From Octopus sinensis (Eukaryota): 64,000 nucleotides of DNA. Position 1 is the stretch's first letter, and the number at the start of each line of letters is the position of its first letter. Below the pieces are notes generated by a model, which had not been told where the DNA came from, ran no database searches, and was given only the letters and a program-made list of their open reading frames with translations. Shown piece by piece: positions 25,621-37,724 of this stretch. The DNA is taken from positions 6,386,001-6,450,000 of the forward strand of contig NC_043008.1 of assembly GCF_006345805.1 (NCBI RefSeq), written 5' to 3'. The translations under genes were made by a program, and so were the position numbers.

Positions 25621-27377
25621 TTAAGTAAACCAAATGGGTGAGTTTATTTCTTTCAAATTCCAGTGAAAGTACATTGGTAAACTTTCACAGCAACTGTTCC
25701 CATTTCTCTTCTCTTCAAGTCGATAAAGCTGATCTCCTGATGGATAATGACTAAAAATAGTCCGGCACTTAATGTTATTTCATTTACATATGGAATAAAT
25801 AATTCAGAAATAGCTTTTGTGTGTTTTGTTTGGTGAATAATATAAGAAGTAAACCCAAACAGGATTTGAAATCAACCAAACCTTTCCCTGTAAACCTATT
25901 GCTTTCAAAAGCACCAGAACTAAAACCATGAATACAAACTGTTGATTGTTGTGAGGCTTAGATATTTTGTATATATTATTAGTCTACATTGATGAAAGGA
26001 AATAAAATATTGGCAGAAATTCAGCAGAAACCTGAATGAGAGAAAAATTTGAAAAATCAATTCAAGGCAAACTAAAATAGAAAATGGAAGATATAAAAGG
26101 AAATGGCTATTCTTCAGGAAAGATTGGCTTTTTAGCTGGTGGTGTGATTAAGATTCCATCTGAAGAACTTTTAAAGGCTTCTCTGTTTTTAAACTAAGAG
26201 CTTTCTTTATCTTGATTTTGTGGATTGAGGTTTTCATATGAAGATAAAATATGGAAAAGAGGTCCTGAATAAAATTGCTTTATGTTCTGATATTTCCAGA
26301 CATTGTATGCAAGACAATGGTTGTAAGCAATTCTTGTCTTAAGTATTTTAGAGAAAGTAAACTTAACAAGAATCCTCAATGAATGAAACAAAAGTCTTCT
26401 GTTAAGAATTCTTTCTTTCTTCCTTGTTGAAAATATTGAATGACAATAGTTAGTTATAGCCAAAGAATTCTGCGACTAACCAAATAGCTTCATTTTTGTT
26501 ATATTCACAGAAATTTTCTTGCATCGATCTGAATGCCGAATGCTATTGTAGTAAAGAAAACATTTCAGCATTCAAAATATTCTGTTTTATTGATAGAATA
26601 ATTTGGAAAGAAATGAAAACAATAAACAGATAATTTTGTCTTTTACACTAGTATGTTTCTGAAATGTTCTTGCATCATACTATGCCGACATTGAGGAAAT
26701 ATGTCAAGAGCTCTATCGCTATTCATGCATATGTTGTGATATCAGAATATTTAAGTACAATATATATGAATAAATTTATCAATGTGAAAGGATGAGCTAT
26801 GCATGTATCCATGGCGTTAATCAGAAAAAGTGAAAACTACATAAGATATCAAATTTACAGTAGAGTAAGCTTTTTATGCAATAAGGTATGATGTACTGTT
26901 TGGTGTAGTGAGGTGGAAGAGTGCAGTGTTTGGTTAGAACATGCACACACACACACTTCAAAAAACAGCATCTGCATTGTGCTATTGTGTTGCTGCTGTA
27001 AAGCAAAATTTAGTGTCACTTCAAAAACACTTCAATATTTCTATTGTAAGCAGTGATAGAGTTGTATAAACAGCACAGATTCAAAGTAGATGCTTCTGTA
27101 GCATACAGTTAGTGTCTGTCAGTTTGGATTTTTTGTGTTCAAAAGCCACTGCTGTTAAATTTGTGTTTTTTTTTTATCTCTGTTGTGAGAGTTGGGAGGA
27201 AATAACTGTATGAAGCAGGGTGTTACGATGTTACAAGTGATGTCCCACTGTATGGCACTTTGTGGGTGTTAGTGGCATTATTGCTTCAGGGAAATTCTGT
27301 GTATGGAAACTGTACAGAAATCCAACTTACAAATAACATACACAAAACATTCATGCATTTATGTAAATAAATATGCT

Positions 27378-27430
<53 letters not shown>

Positions 27431-27579
27431 GTATGAACTGTATAAATTGATATTGAAACATAAGCAGGTCAGTTGCTCATTGGATCCTGTCAAACCGTCC
27501 AACCCATGCCAGCATGGAAGGCAGATGTCAACTGATGATGAGGATGATATATGTTTCCATTTGTATGTATGAACGTATG

Positions 27580-27612
<33 letters not shown>

Positions 27613-27712
27613 ATGTATGCCAGATCAGATTGGAGGCTGGGGCACTCTTCTGGCTTGCCAGTCCTCAGTTAAACCGTCCAGACGTTAAACAATAATGATG
27701 ATATTATATATA

Positions 27713-27925
27713 TAGTTCAAATTTACATAAAACAAAAGATGAAGACAGATGAGGAAACAAAAAGCAGGTATATTAGTTTGACACTCAGGAAGAATGGAAA
27801 AGTCATTGACGTTTCGAGCCTATGCTCTTTAACAGAAAAGATTGAAAGGTGTGGGGTGGGGTGGGGAATGGGAAGAGTATGGACCCAAAGTGGAGAGAGA
27901 AAAATGTGTAGGGATTAACAGTGAA
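27713..27925 (-). mobile_element. H3 short element with variant hammerhead motif
   Basis: Minus strand CTGTTAA-a-gagc(atag)gctc-GAAAC-GTC at 27835-27808, followed by ttcctgagtgtcaaactaata. Confidence 0.6.
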
Positions 27926-28061
27926 TACTGTAAACAATGTAAATAATGTAAGCAATGTAAATAATGTAAACAATGTAAATAATATAAATGATATAAATAA
28001 TGTAAATAATATAAACAATGTAAATAATGTATTTACATTGTTTACATTATTTGCATTATTT
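27925..28061. repeat. 9-bp minisatellite (aatgtaaay) ending in an inverted arm
   Basis: Tandem units followed by their reverse complement from 28031. Confidence 0.85.
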
Positions 28062-28223
28062 ACCTTACCTACCACACTTGTTTAGAAATATTTCATTTGA
28101 CTTACATCATTAACATTTCAGTGAAAATTATGAATTTTGCATTTTAATTCTCTCTTCTGACACACCTGTGTCTATGTGTGGAATGTACTCTTTTAGTGAA
28201 TGGTTTGAGTGCCTGGTTTAAAG

Positions 28224-28445
28224 TAGGGGTTCTCAACCATCTTTGGACTATGGACCCCTTTGATTTCTTCCCTCATAGGTATTTGGTGTTAAAAAAAAAC
28301 TCATTATATTTTTATAATTAAATATTATTAGGACTTACATAAAAGAAATTGTTAAAATATTTTGTGTATGGGAAGCGTATAAGTGATTTATGGTTAATTA
28401 GGTTTAATGACAAAATCTTAAGTGGACCCCCACTGGGAACCTATG
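28224..28445. mobile_element. hAT-like MITE relic
   Basis: Left end taggggttctcaacc; interior similar to 38238-38340. Confidence 0.45.
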
Positions 28446-29299
28446 GTTTAAAAGGAAACAAAGGAATGAAGGATTTAATGGTAAATGTCCATCACAGATA
28501 AGCAATGGAATTCTGAAAGCCGACTTGTGTCTCTTTTAAAGTAGATTTATTTCTGTGCTGTGTATATTTTGTCTTTCTTGATAGAAGTTGTGTAAATAAA
28601 CCAAAATCAGGAAATTTCATGAGGGGCTGTTGGTGCCTGCAGCTAAAAGCACCGAATGTCCTTACATGATATTTCTTTTGAATTTTGGCAAAAGTGTGTA
28701 TGAAAGAGAGAGAGAAAGAATGAGTGGGAAAAAAAGAGAGAGATAGATAGAGAGAGAGAGAGAGAGAGACAGAGGAAATGTATGTGAGAAAAAGAGGAAG
28801 GAGGGAATAATGGTCATAAACACAAAGAATGAGAGCGAAGAATTTCACTTAGCATCACCAGAAATCTCAATTAGGCTGCATTCACCAATTTCCATTTTGG
28901 TCTCTAAATATAATAAAGTCAAGTTCAGTAGGTGAAGTGAATAAACTTGATTGGCTCAGACCTCGCGTATTACTGGTGACTAATCAGTCTTGGATGAATA
29001 AGAAATTAAAATTGCAAGTCACCAAGTATTTTGGTAAAGTTTTGCGTTCTGTGAGTTTCTCCATTTGAATGTCAATATAATTGAAATAATATTCCATCGA
29101 AGTTATTATATGAATATAATGAAGTATTATAGTATTATAGGAAAGTATATGATGTTATACTGAAATAGAATTATAGTATAAATGAGAAACAATTATAGAA
29201 TTCTAGGAGACTGGGCTGTTGGATGTGTTGAAGTGCCCAGACATATAACCAAAGTGCTTATTACTCACACACACACACACGCAGTGACTAGATTAAAAT

Positions 29300-29550
29300 G
29301 GCATATGGCATAGCGGTTAAGAGCATGGGCTACTAACCCCAAGATTCCAATTTCGATTCTAGGCAGTGACTTGAATAATAATAATAACAATAATAATAAC
29401 ATCGAAAAATACCTTAGGAATGAGAACCCAGGTTTGAAATTCCCCCAAGACACCCGATGAAGGCTGGAGGGTATATCAGCTGAAACATTGTGTTAACAAC
29501 AAACCTGATGAGGACAAATATCCATCAAATGTAAATAATGTAAATAATGT
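29300..29550 (+). mobile_element. H1 element with full tRNA-like head (A and B boxes) and hammerhead tail
   Basis: A-box tggcatagcgg at 29306, degenerate B-box atttcgattct at 29350, (TAA)n, hammerhead motif at 29449-29494. Confidence 0.75.
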
Positions 29551-30067
29551 ATTCTTGTTTTAGGGATAATAGATTTGTACCCAACAAAAATATGGAGTAG
29601 CCCATTAGATTAACATAAAGTTGTTTTTATTATAACTGAACATAAAAACAAGCACTAACCAACACACACACACATGTATATAGACACACATACACACACA
29701 TGAATATACATATATATTTTAACTGAAACAATTATAATATATTAAAGTATAAATCATAACACACACACGTACACACACACACAGCTATATAGTTATGCAT
29801 TTATTTGTCAGATGTCAACAAGTGGAATTCAAGACAGAAGGAAGACAGACCCTGCTATAATTGTGAAAGCTTGTCTCTTATCTATTTCCTACCACTGAGC
29901 ACACCAAGTGGACTCTGTACAGTCTTAACTTTCAGAATAAGTGTTGAATATGTCATTTACCGGATGATCAAACCATCCTGTCTTGTCTCATGGCATGAAA
30001 ACTGCTGATCAATGGGACGTCATGTTTACGAGGGAAGTAATCAAACATCATTGCTGCATTTCACTGA

Positions 30068-30306
30068 CACGTAAAAGCACCAACCGATCCTGGCCGTTTG
30101 CCAGCCTCCTCTGGCCCCTGTGCTGGTGGCACGTAAAAAGCACCCACTACACTCTTGGAGTGCTTGGCATTAGGAAGGGCATCTGGCTCTGTAGAAACAC
30201 TGCCAGATCAGACTGGAGCCTGGTGCAGCCTCCTGGCTTCCCAGACCCCGGCCGAACTGTCCAACCCATGCTAGCATGGAAAACGGACGTTAAACGATGA
30301 TGATGA
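30068..30306 (+). mobile_element. RTE-3'-tail copy
   Basis: Ends ggacgttaaacgatgatgatga. Confidence 0.8.
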
Positions 30307-30349
30307 TATATATATATATATAAGTGTAAGTGTAAACACGCACACAGAC

Positions 30350-30392
<43 letters not shown>

Positions 30393-31346
30393 ATATATAT
30401 ATAAGATGCCATGCTGTGTTACATGTGTGGTTATGAAATGAACTTCGAAAGATCTTCCTTCCGTTGCTCTTTATTGTTGTCAGCAAGTATCACAGGTACA
30501 CTGGGAAAATCTGTGGCTGATTTGTTGTTTCAGATATTTAAACTTTACAGTCATCAAATTCTTGGACTGTTTAATTCTTGGATTGGTTTCTGGGATTGTT
30601 TAATAGATAGAAACATGAATAGATAACCGAATAAATGTAAACACAAACAGTGTCCTTACATGAAATAAAAGCTTCAGTTATCACACACACACACACACAC
30701 ACACACAGTGGTACTCAATATCCTTTTGCTAACAACATATTTTCACTGACAATGCTTGTATCTTCAAACCCATTCTTTAAATGCTTCTCCCTTCATAAAT
30801 ATCCTTTTACAACTCATTGATCTCAGCTAAACAAACCACAATATGTTCAATACCTAATCATAAATTAGCAATAAAGATACGTACCAAAAACACTAAAATT
30901 TAAAAAAAAAACTCTTCTCCAACAACAAAAAGGTATTTCTGATGACTAATATGATTTACAAATTCATAGGTAAACACAAAAGGTGTAAATTTTATGACTA
31001 ATGTTTGCATTAGACATACATATATGACCTATTTTCACCAACCTACTATGCATTTACAAGAAGATGCCACTGAAACACATTATATTACCCAATAGAAAGC
31101 AGAAGCAGAATGAGATAGAGAAGCATTTCTTACATAGAACAACATAAACCTAAAAGATTAGTCCTGAAAGCTATATTAATAGCATTATATGAAGCAACTT
31201 TCAGAATGGTGTATTTTAGCAATAAACTAAGATCAGACATTATTTGCTCGTTTGCCGAGAGAAATATGAACATCGATGACTGGAAAATTTGAAGATCTGA
31301 AGCAACGAATGAGCCACAGACATACCAATGTACCGGTGATACTCAC

Positions 31347-31394
31347 TGACAACAATAAGAGCAACAGCAGGAAGATCTTTAAACATCAATGGAA
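31347..31394 (-). CDS. Candidate 48-nt coding exon (xPLMFKDLPAVALIVV), product unknown
   Basis: Acceptor tttcttAG, donor GTGAGT, only phase 1 open; no homology recognised. Confidence 0.3.
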
Positions 31395-31920
31395 CTAAGA
31401 AATTTATTGTTCCAAACTAAACATAGGGCATTAATGCAAAAATGTGAAAATTCCTTCATAAAAATGTTAAACACAAATATAGTGACATTTTTAATAAAAC
31501 TTGGTAAAGGGAAGCCAAAAATATGAATCTACCTCTCTGACTTTTCCTATCTCCCTCTTCTCTTTTTCTAGCCACAAGCAATCAGCCTATACACACACAT
31601 CTTTATCTCTCTATCTATCTACATATATACACAGATATATGTGTGTGTGTGTGCAGGCCTCATAAAAAGCCCCTGTGTCAGTGACATGTAAATAGCACCC
31701 CCGGTACACACTGTAAAGTGGTTGGCATTAGACGGGCATCTGAGTTTAGTAACTAAATCAAAACAGATGATGGCAGTCGGGTACAACACTCTGGCTAGCC
31801 AGGTTTGGTCAGACTGTCCAACTCACACCAGCATGGAAAACGGATGTTAAATGATGGTCATAATCATGATGATATATACAGAGAAATTCAGTATCTGCCT
31901 GGATATTATATACCCCATCT

Positions 31921-31961
<41 letters not shown>

Positions 31962-32237
31962 ATTAGATGAGTGTTTTTCCCTTGTTAAAATTTAACACAG
32001 AAAAAATAGATAAATAGTTACCAGGGTAGCAAAATATCACACAAGTAAAGAGGTTCTAACTCCTTGTTTTTAAAGGTAGAAACTTCGGGTTTACGTGGAA
32101 TTTTTTGTATAAATTTGTTTTTTCAAACAATATTAACAGCATTCAGTAAATCACTATACACATCCATTACTTATTATTACTATTATTATTATTATTATTA
32201 CTATAATGATGATAATAATAATAATAATAATAATAAC

Positions 32238-32411
32238 ATCGAAAAATACCTTAGGAATGAGAACCCAGGTTCAAAATTTCCCCAAGACACCTGTTGAAGG
32301 CTGGAGGGTATATCAGTCGAAATGTTGTGTTAACAATAAATAAGATGAGGACAAATATCCGTCAAATGTTGATAATGTACATAATTCCTCATCTCTTAAC
32401 TACAGAACTGT
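32238..32411 (+). mobile_element. H1 hammerhead-tail element (mutated core at 32286-32331)
   Basis: Same tail; core reads CTGTTGA...GAAAT-GTT. Confidence 0.75.
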
Positions 32412-32769
32412 ATCGCTGTATAAGTTTGAGATTTAATGAGAAGATACATAATGACAAAAGGAAAAACAGATTTCACTGAAATGGCTTTAGTCAGCTTGAG
32501 GCTATAGTGGAGGACACTGGCCTAAGATGTCATGCTGTGAGATTAATGTTAAATCGTGTGGTTGTGAAATGAACTTCTATGATCTATTGCCGTGCCTGTG
32601 TCCATGCATACACATATGCACAAACATATATTCATATATATAAACATACATTCTTACACACACACACACACACATATAAACAGCTGGTTGCTTGAATTGA
32701 TTGATTGATGGACAGATGAATAGATAATAGAATAAATGAAAAGACAAATGGTGTCCTTACAAGAAATAA

Positions 32770-33470
32770 TACTAATAATGGTTTCAAATTTTGCCACAAG
32801 GGCAGTAATTTTGGGGGAAGGGACTAGTTGATTACATTGACCCCAGAGTTTAACTGGTACATATTTTATTGACTCCAAAAGCATGAAAGGCAAAGTCAAC
32901 CTCGACAGAATTTGACCTCAGAACATAGCGACGGGCAAAATACAGCAATTTCGTCCAGCATGCTAACGATTCTGCCAGCTTGCTGCCTTAATAATAGTAA
33001 TAATAATGATAATAATAATAACAATGATAATAATCCTTTCTACTGGAGGCACAATGCTACAGGTTTGTGGGGAAGGGACTAGTTGATTGCATTGACCCCA
33101 GTGTTTCACTGGTATTTAATTTATCAACACCAAAATGATGAAAGGCAAAGTCGACTTCGGCAGAATTTGAACTCAGGACATAAAGACAGACGAAATACAT
33201 AGTGATGGGCAAAATACAACAAAGTATTTCACTCGGCATGCTAATGTTTCTGCCAGCTTGCTGCCTTAATAATAATAACATTAATAATAATAAAAGTAAT
33301 AATAATATAATAATAATAATAATAATAATAATAGTACAAAACCAAATATATGGCACCCTAGGCATAACACCAACATGAACTTCTAACTTGTTGTCTCTTG
33401 AGGTCTGTGGGTGAGACTTGGAGCCAACTTGTACACATGTAAAGCAAAAGTCAAACACAAAATAATAATC

Positions 33471-33502
<32 letters not shown>

Positions 33503-33722
33503 CATAATAATAATAATGCTTCTCACAAAAAGCACAAGACCTGATATTTGAGGGGAGGGGTGATTTGGATTACATCAGCCCCAGAACCTCAGCTGAAACT
33601 TAATTCATCAGTACCGAAAGGATGAAAGGCAAAGCTGACCTCAGCAGAATTCGAACTCTGGACGTAAAGACAGACAAAATGCCAACAAGCATTTTGCCCA
33701 CCATGCTAACGATTCTGCTAGC

Positions 33723-33725
<3 letters not shown>
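32770..33725 (-). mobile_element. Three tandem SINE family B copies with (TAA)n spacers
   Basis: Same family B core; the R4/Dong 3'UTR copy lies between them. Confidence 0.8.
33334..33458 (+). mobile_element. 3'UTR-only copy of the R4/Dong-like element
   Basis: Matches about 16125-16240 (tatggcac.ctaggcataac...gagacttggagccaacttgtaca...gtcaaaca); (TAA)n on both flanks. Confidence 0.85.
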
Positions 33726-33767
<42 letters not shown>

Positions 33768-35236
33768 GAACAATAATAATAAGGATAATGATGATGATGG
33801 TGATGTTAGTAATAACTGATAATATTATTAATAATAATAATATAGACTATTGTTTATCAAAGTCTTCCATCAACTGTCTCTGATATGATTGGTGACATTC
33901 TATCCCCCACCCCGTCATCCTCATCCTTTAAAGTAAATTGTTATCAATTCTGATAATTATTTCTATTCATTTCCGTTGCCATTACTTATTCTCATTACTA
34001 GGTCTTAGCTTTAATTTCCTTCGTGTCTTTCAAACGTTTTTGCTTGTTTTTCTTTTTCCTTTTTTTTTTGCTGCTAGTCTCTCTCTGTCTGCCTCTGCCT
34101 CTCTCTCTCTCTCTCTGTCTCCCTGTCTCTCTCTCGCACTGAGACGTAGGCCTACAAGTGATGAGAGGTAAGCTGTATTAGTTGAAATGCGCAACACCTG
34201 AAATCTGCAACTGACGTAAATCAGACACTGTTTATTATCACATTTAACATCTCATTAAAAAAGCTGTCATCAAAGATGTTATTCAAAAGAAAAAAAAAAA
34301 AAATCGGGAAAGATTAGACCGATTCCTATTGAGGTTGTTGTCGGTGGCGGTATTATCAGTATTATAACTGTGCAGCTCCTCTTCTCCATCCCCCCCGTTC
34401 TCTGCACTTAAAACTCACTTCAGACAATTTTTAAAGCCATATATTTTACTGTCAGAGCCAAGCAGTTAACTAACATTTAGAGTTACTTCCCTTATCTCAT
34501 GGATTTAATACACTTTAAAATGCTGTTATGTTATATAACACTTCTTAATCTTTTACAGTTTCTGTCGGATATTAAAACAGTTTTATATAACATTAAATCG
34601 GAAAACAAAGGAATTATTACTCACTCTATATATTGATTTTTCTACATTTATTTGTCATTAGCAAAGAATTTTAAAAGGGGTTCCATTTTAGAAGAGAATA
34701 AATACGTTAAATAATAAGAAAAAATATATACATATATATATAAATATATTAAAAAAACGAAAATATTTCATCTAAGCAGATTAAAAATTCTATATTTTAG
34801 GGTAAAATGAGATTTTGCTCATTAGTGTAGTGATGGGAAGCAGTGTCTATTATATTTATTGGTCCATCAAATTTTGGAAACTGGTTGGCTTAATACAGCG
34901 ATTAAAATATTGTTAATGGTAAGGTTTGGGTAGAAGAGAAGGGTGGAGATATTTGGATGGAACCGACCAGACTGGAGCTACTTGTGTCTATTGTGTTTTA
35001 TCTTTTGCTTGTTTCGGTCATTAGATTGCGGCCATACTGGAGCACTGCCTTGAAGAATTTTTAGTCGAATGAATCGATGCTGCTACTTAAATTTCTTTTT
35101 AAAGCCTGCTGCCTATTCTATCAATCTCTCTTTTGCATGCTAAACCGCTAAGTCGTGTGGGGGGGGATGTAAACACATTAACACTGGTTTTCAAGCAGTG
35201 GTTGTGGACAAACACTGACACATGTATGTGTGTGTT

Positions 35237-35308
<72 letters not shown>

Positions 35309-35541
35309 AGATTTTTAATGGAGACAATACTCTATGTATAGAACAACTGTTTTTTTTCTTTTTGTGCTACAGCCCCTTAATATTCTTACAGCCCCTTGAT
35401 ATTCCTACAGCCCCTTAATATTTTCTGAAATGGCTGTAGATTTTCAATGAATTTTTACTTTTCATGGTTTTTAACCGACTTAGTGTCTGTGCTTCACGAG
35501 TAAGCTGCCAAGTGTAAACCATTTGTTTTATTATCCAGTAT

Positions 35542-35911
35542 ACTCTTTACTCTTTTACTCTTTTACTTGTTTCAGTCATTTGACTGCGGCCATGCTGGAG
35601 CACCACCTTTTTTAGTACTTATTCTATCGGTCTCTTTTTGCTGAACCGCTAAGTGACGGGGACCTAAACACACCAGCATCGGTTGTCAAACAATGCTAGG
35701 GGGACAAACACAGACACACACACACATATACATATATATACATATATACGACAGGCTTCTTTCAGTTTCCGTCTACCAAATCCACTCACAAGGCATTGGT
35801 TGGCCCGGGGCTATAGCAGAAGACACTTACCCAAGATGCCATGCAGTGGGACTGAACCCGCAACCGTGTGGTTGGTTAGCAAGCTACTTACCACACAGCC
35901 ACTCCTGCGCC
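35542..35911 (-). mobile_element. SINE family A
   Basis: Reverse complement of the family A sequence. Confidence 0.9.
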
Positions 35912-36095
35912 TATGTATACATATATATATGTACTTTATTTAAAAGCAGCAGAAATATAACAAAGGCTGTTACTCAGAGTTTCACTCGAATGGTGGAATA
36001 TGAACTCAGAACGTAAAGACAGACAAAATACCACTGAGCATTTCACCCGGTGTACTAATGTTTCTGCCAGCTTGCTGCCTTCGCTTAAGAAGAAG

Positions 36096-36315
36096 TATTC
36101 TTTCCTACTCTAGGCACAAGGCCTGAAATTTTGGGGAAGGGGCCAGTTAATTAGATTGACTCCAGTACACAACTGGTACTTAATTTATCGACCCTGAAAG
36201 GATGACAGGCAATATCAACTTTGGTGGAATTTCAACTCAGAATGTAAAGACAGATGAAATACCGCTAAGCATTTTGCCCGGTGCGCTAACGATTCTGCCA
36301 GCTCACCACTTTAAA
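36096..36315 (-). mobile_element. SINE family B
   Basis: Full reverse-complement copy. Confidence 0.85.
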
Positions 36316-36510
36316 GAGCTTAATATTAACTTGGATATTCTGTTGATCCATCTCATATGAGATTCCCATAGAATTTTGCATGAATTTAGAATATCTAAGA
36401 GAAATGAGACATGAAGGATTAAGCATGTCACCTTAATATTGAAGTTGCAGTGGAACTATCATCTGAAAGTTTTATATCTATATTTTCATTGTCTGCATTA
36501 TCACTTCCCT

Positions 36511-36731
36511 TTTAAAGTGATGAGCTGGCAGAATCATTAGCACGCTGGGCGAAATGCTTAATAATATTTCGTCTGTCTTTACATTCTGAGTTCAAATTCT
36601 GCCGAGGTCGACTTTGCCTTTCATCCTTTCAAGGTTAATAAATTAAGTACTAGTTGCGTGCTGGAGTTGATCTAATCAACTGGCCCCTCTCCCCCAAAAT
36701 TTCAAGCCTTGTGCCTAGAGTAGAAAAGGAT
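36511..36731 (+). mobile_element. SINE family B
   Basis: Full forward copy, inverted relative to 36096-36315. Confidence 0.85.
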
Positions 36732-37307
36732 ATCTCCTCTTCTCACCACTCTAGATTCTTGTACATTATTCACAATTGCACATAATTTAAGGGAGTGAGC
36801 TGGCAGCATTGTTAGTGGGGAGAAATGCTTAGCAACATTTTGTCCATCTGTATGTCCTAAGTTCAAATTCTGCCGAGGGTGACTTTACCTTTCATTCTTT
36901 TGGGGGTGGATAAAATAAATACCAGCTGAATGCTGGGGTTGATGTAGTTGACTTACTCTCTCCCTGAAATTGTTGGTCCTGTGGTGAAATTTGATGCCAA
37001 TATTGTCCATAATTCGATTTGTCTTTCCTTCTTTTAAAGCAGTCCATGTAGGAGATCACATGTAGCATAAATTTACTGCTGTAAGCGCAAATGCTGCAGC
37101 GTTTTATTGGTTAACATTGACAGATTTAATTCCCTCTTCTATGGAAATTACTACCTGCGACAGACCAGTCATCTGTCTGGCTTGATGAGAAAAAGGTGTT
37201 ACCAGTTGAATGACACACACATACACACATGTGCACTCGCACGCACTTGCACACACTTATTATCTATCTCTGTTACACCATCCTTTTTAAAGTTATTGTT
37301 TTTCTAT

Positions 37308-37724
37308 ACTCTCTTTTCTCTTTTACTCTTTTACTTGTTTCAGTCATTTGACTGTGGCCATGCTGGAGCACCGCCTTTAGTCGACCAAATCGACCCAGGG
37401 ACTTATTCTTTGTAAGCCCAGTACTTATTCTATCGGTCTCTTTTGCCAAACCGCTAAGTGACGGGGACGTAAACACACCAGCATCGGTTGTCAAGCAATG
37501 CTAGCGGGACAAACACAGACACACAAACACACACACACACATATATATATATACATATATACGACAGGCTTCTTTCAGTTTCCGTCTACCAAATCCACTC
37601 ACAAGGCATTGGTCGGCCCGGGGCTATAGCAGAAGACACTTGCCCAAGATGCCACGCAGTGGGACTGAACCCGCAACCATGTGGTTGGTTAGCAAGCTAC
37701 TTACCACACAGCCACTCCTGTGCC
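37308..37724 (-). mobile_element. SINE family A, full length
   Basis: Reverse complement of the family A sequence. Confidence 0.9.

Noticed and set aside
29300-29372. tRNA-gene-like sequence (also the heads at 13280-13354 and 11930-11999)
   Set aside because: Has A and B boxes but no complete cloverleaf, and continues into SINE bodies.
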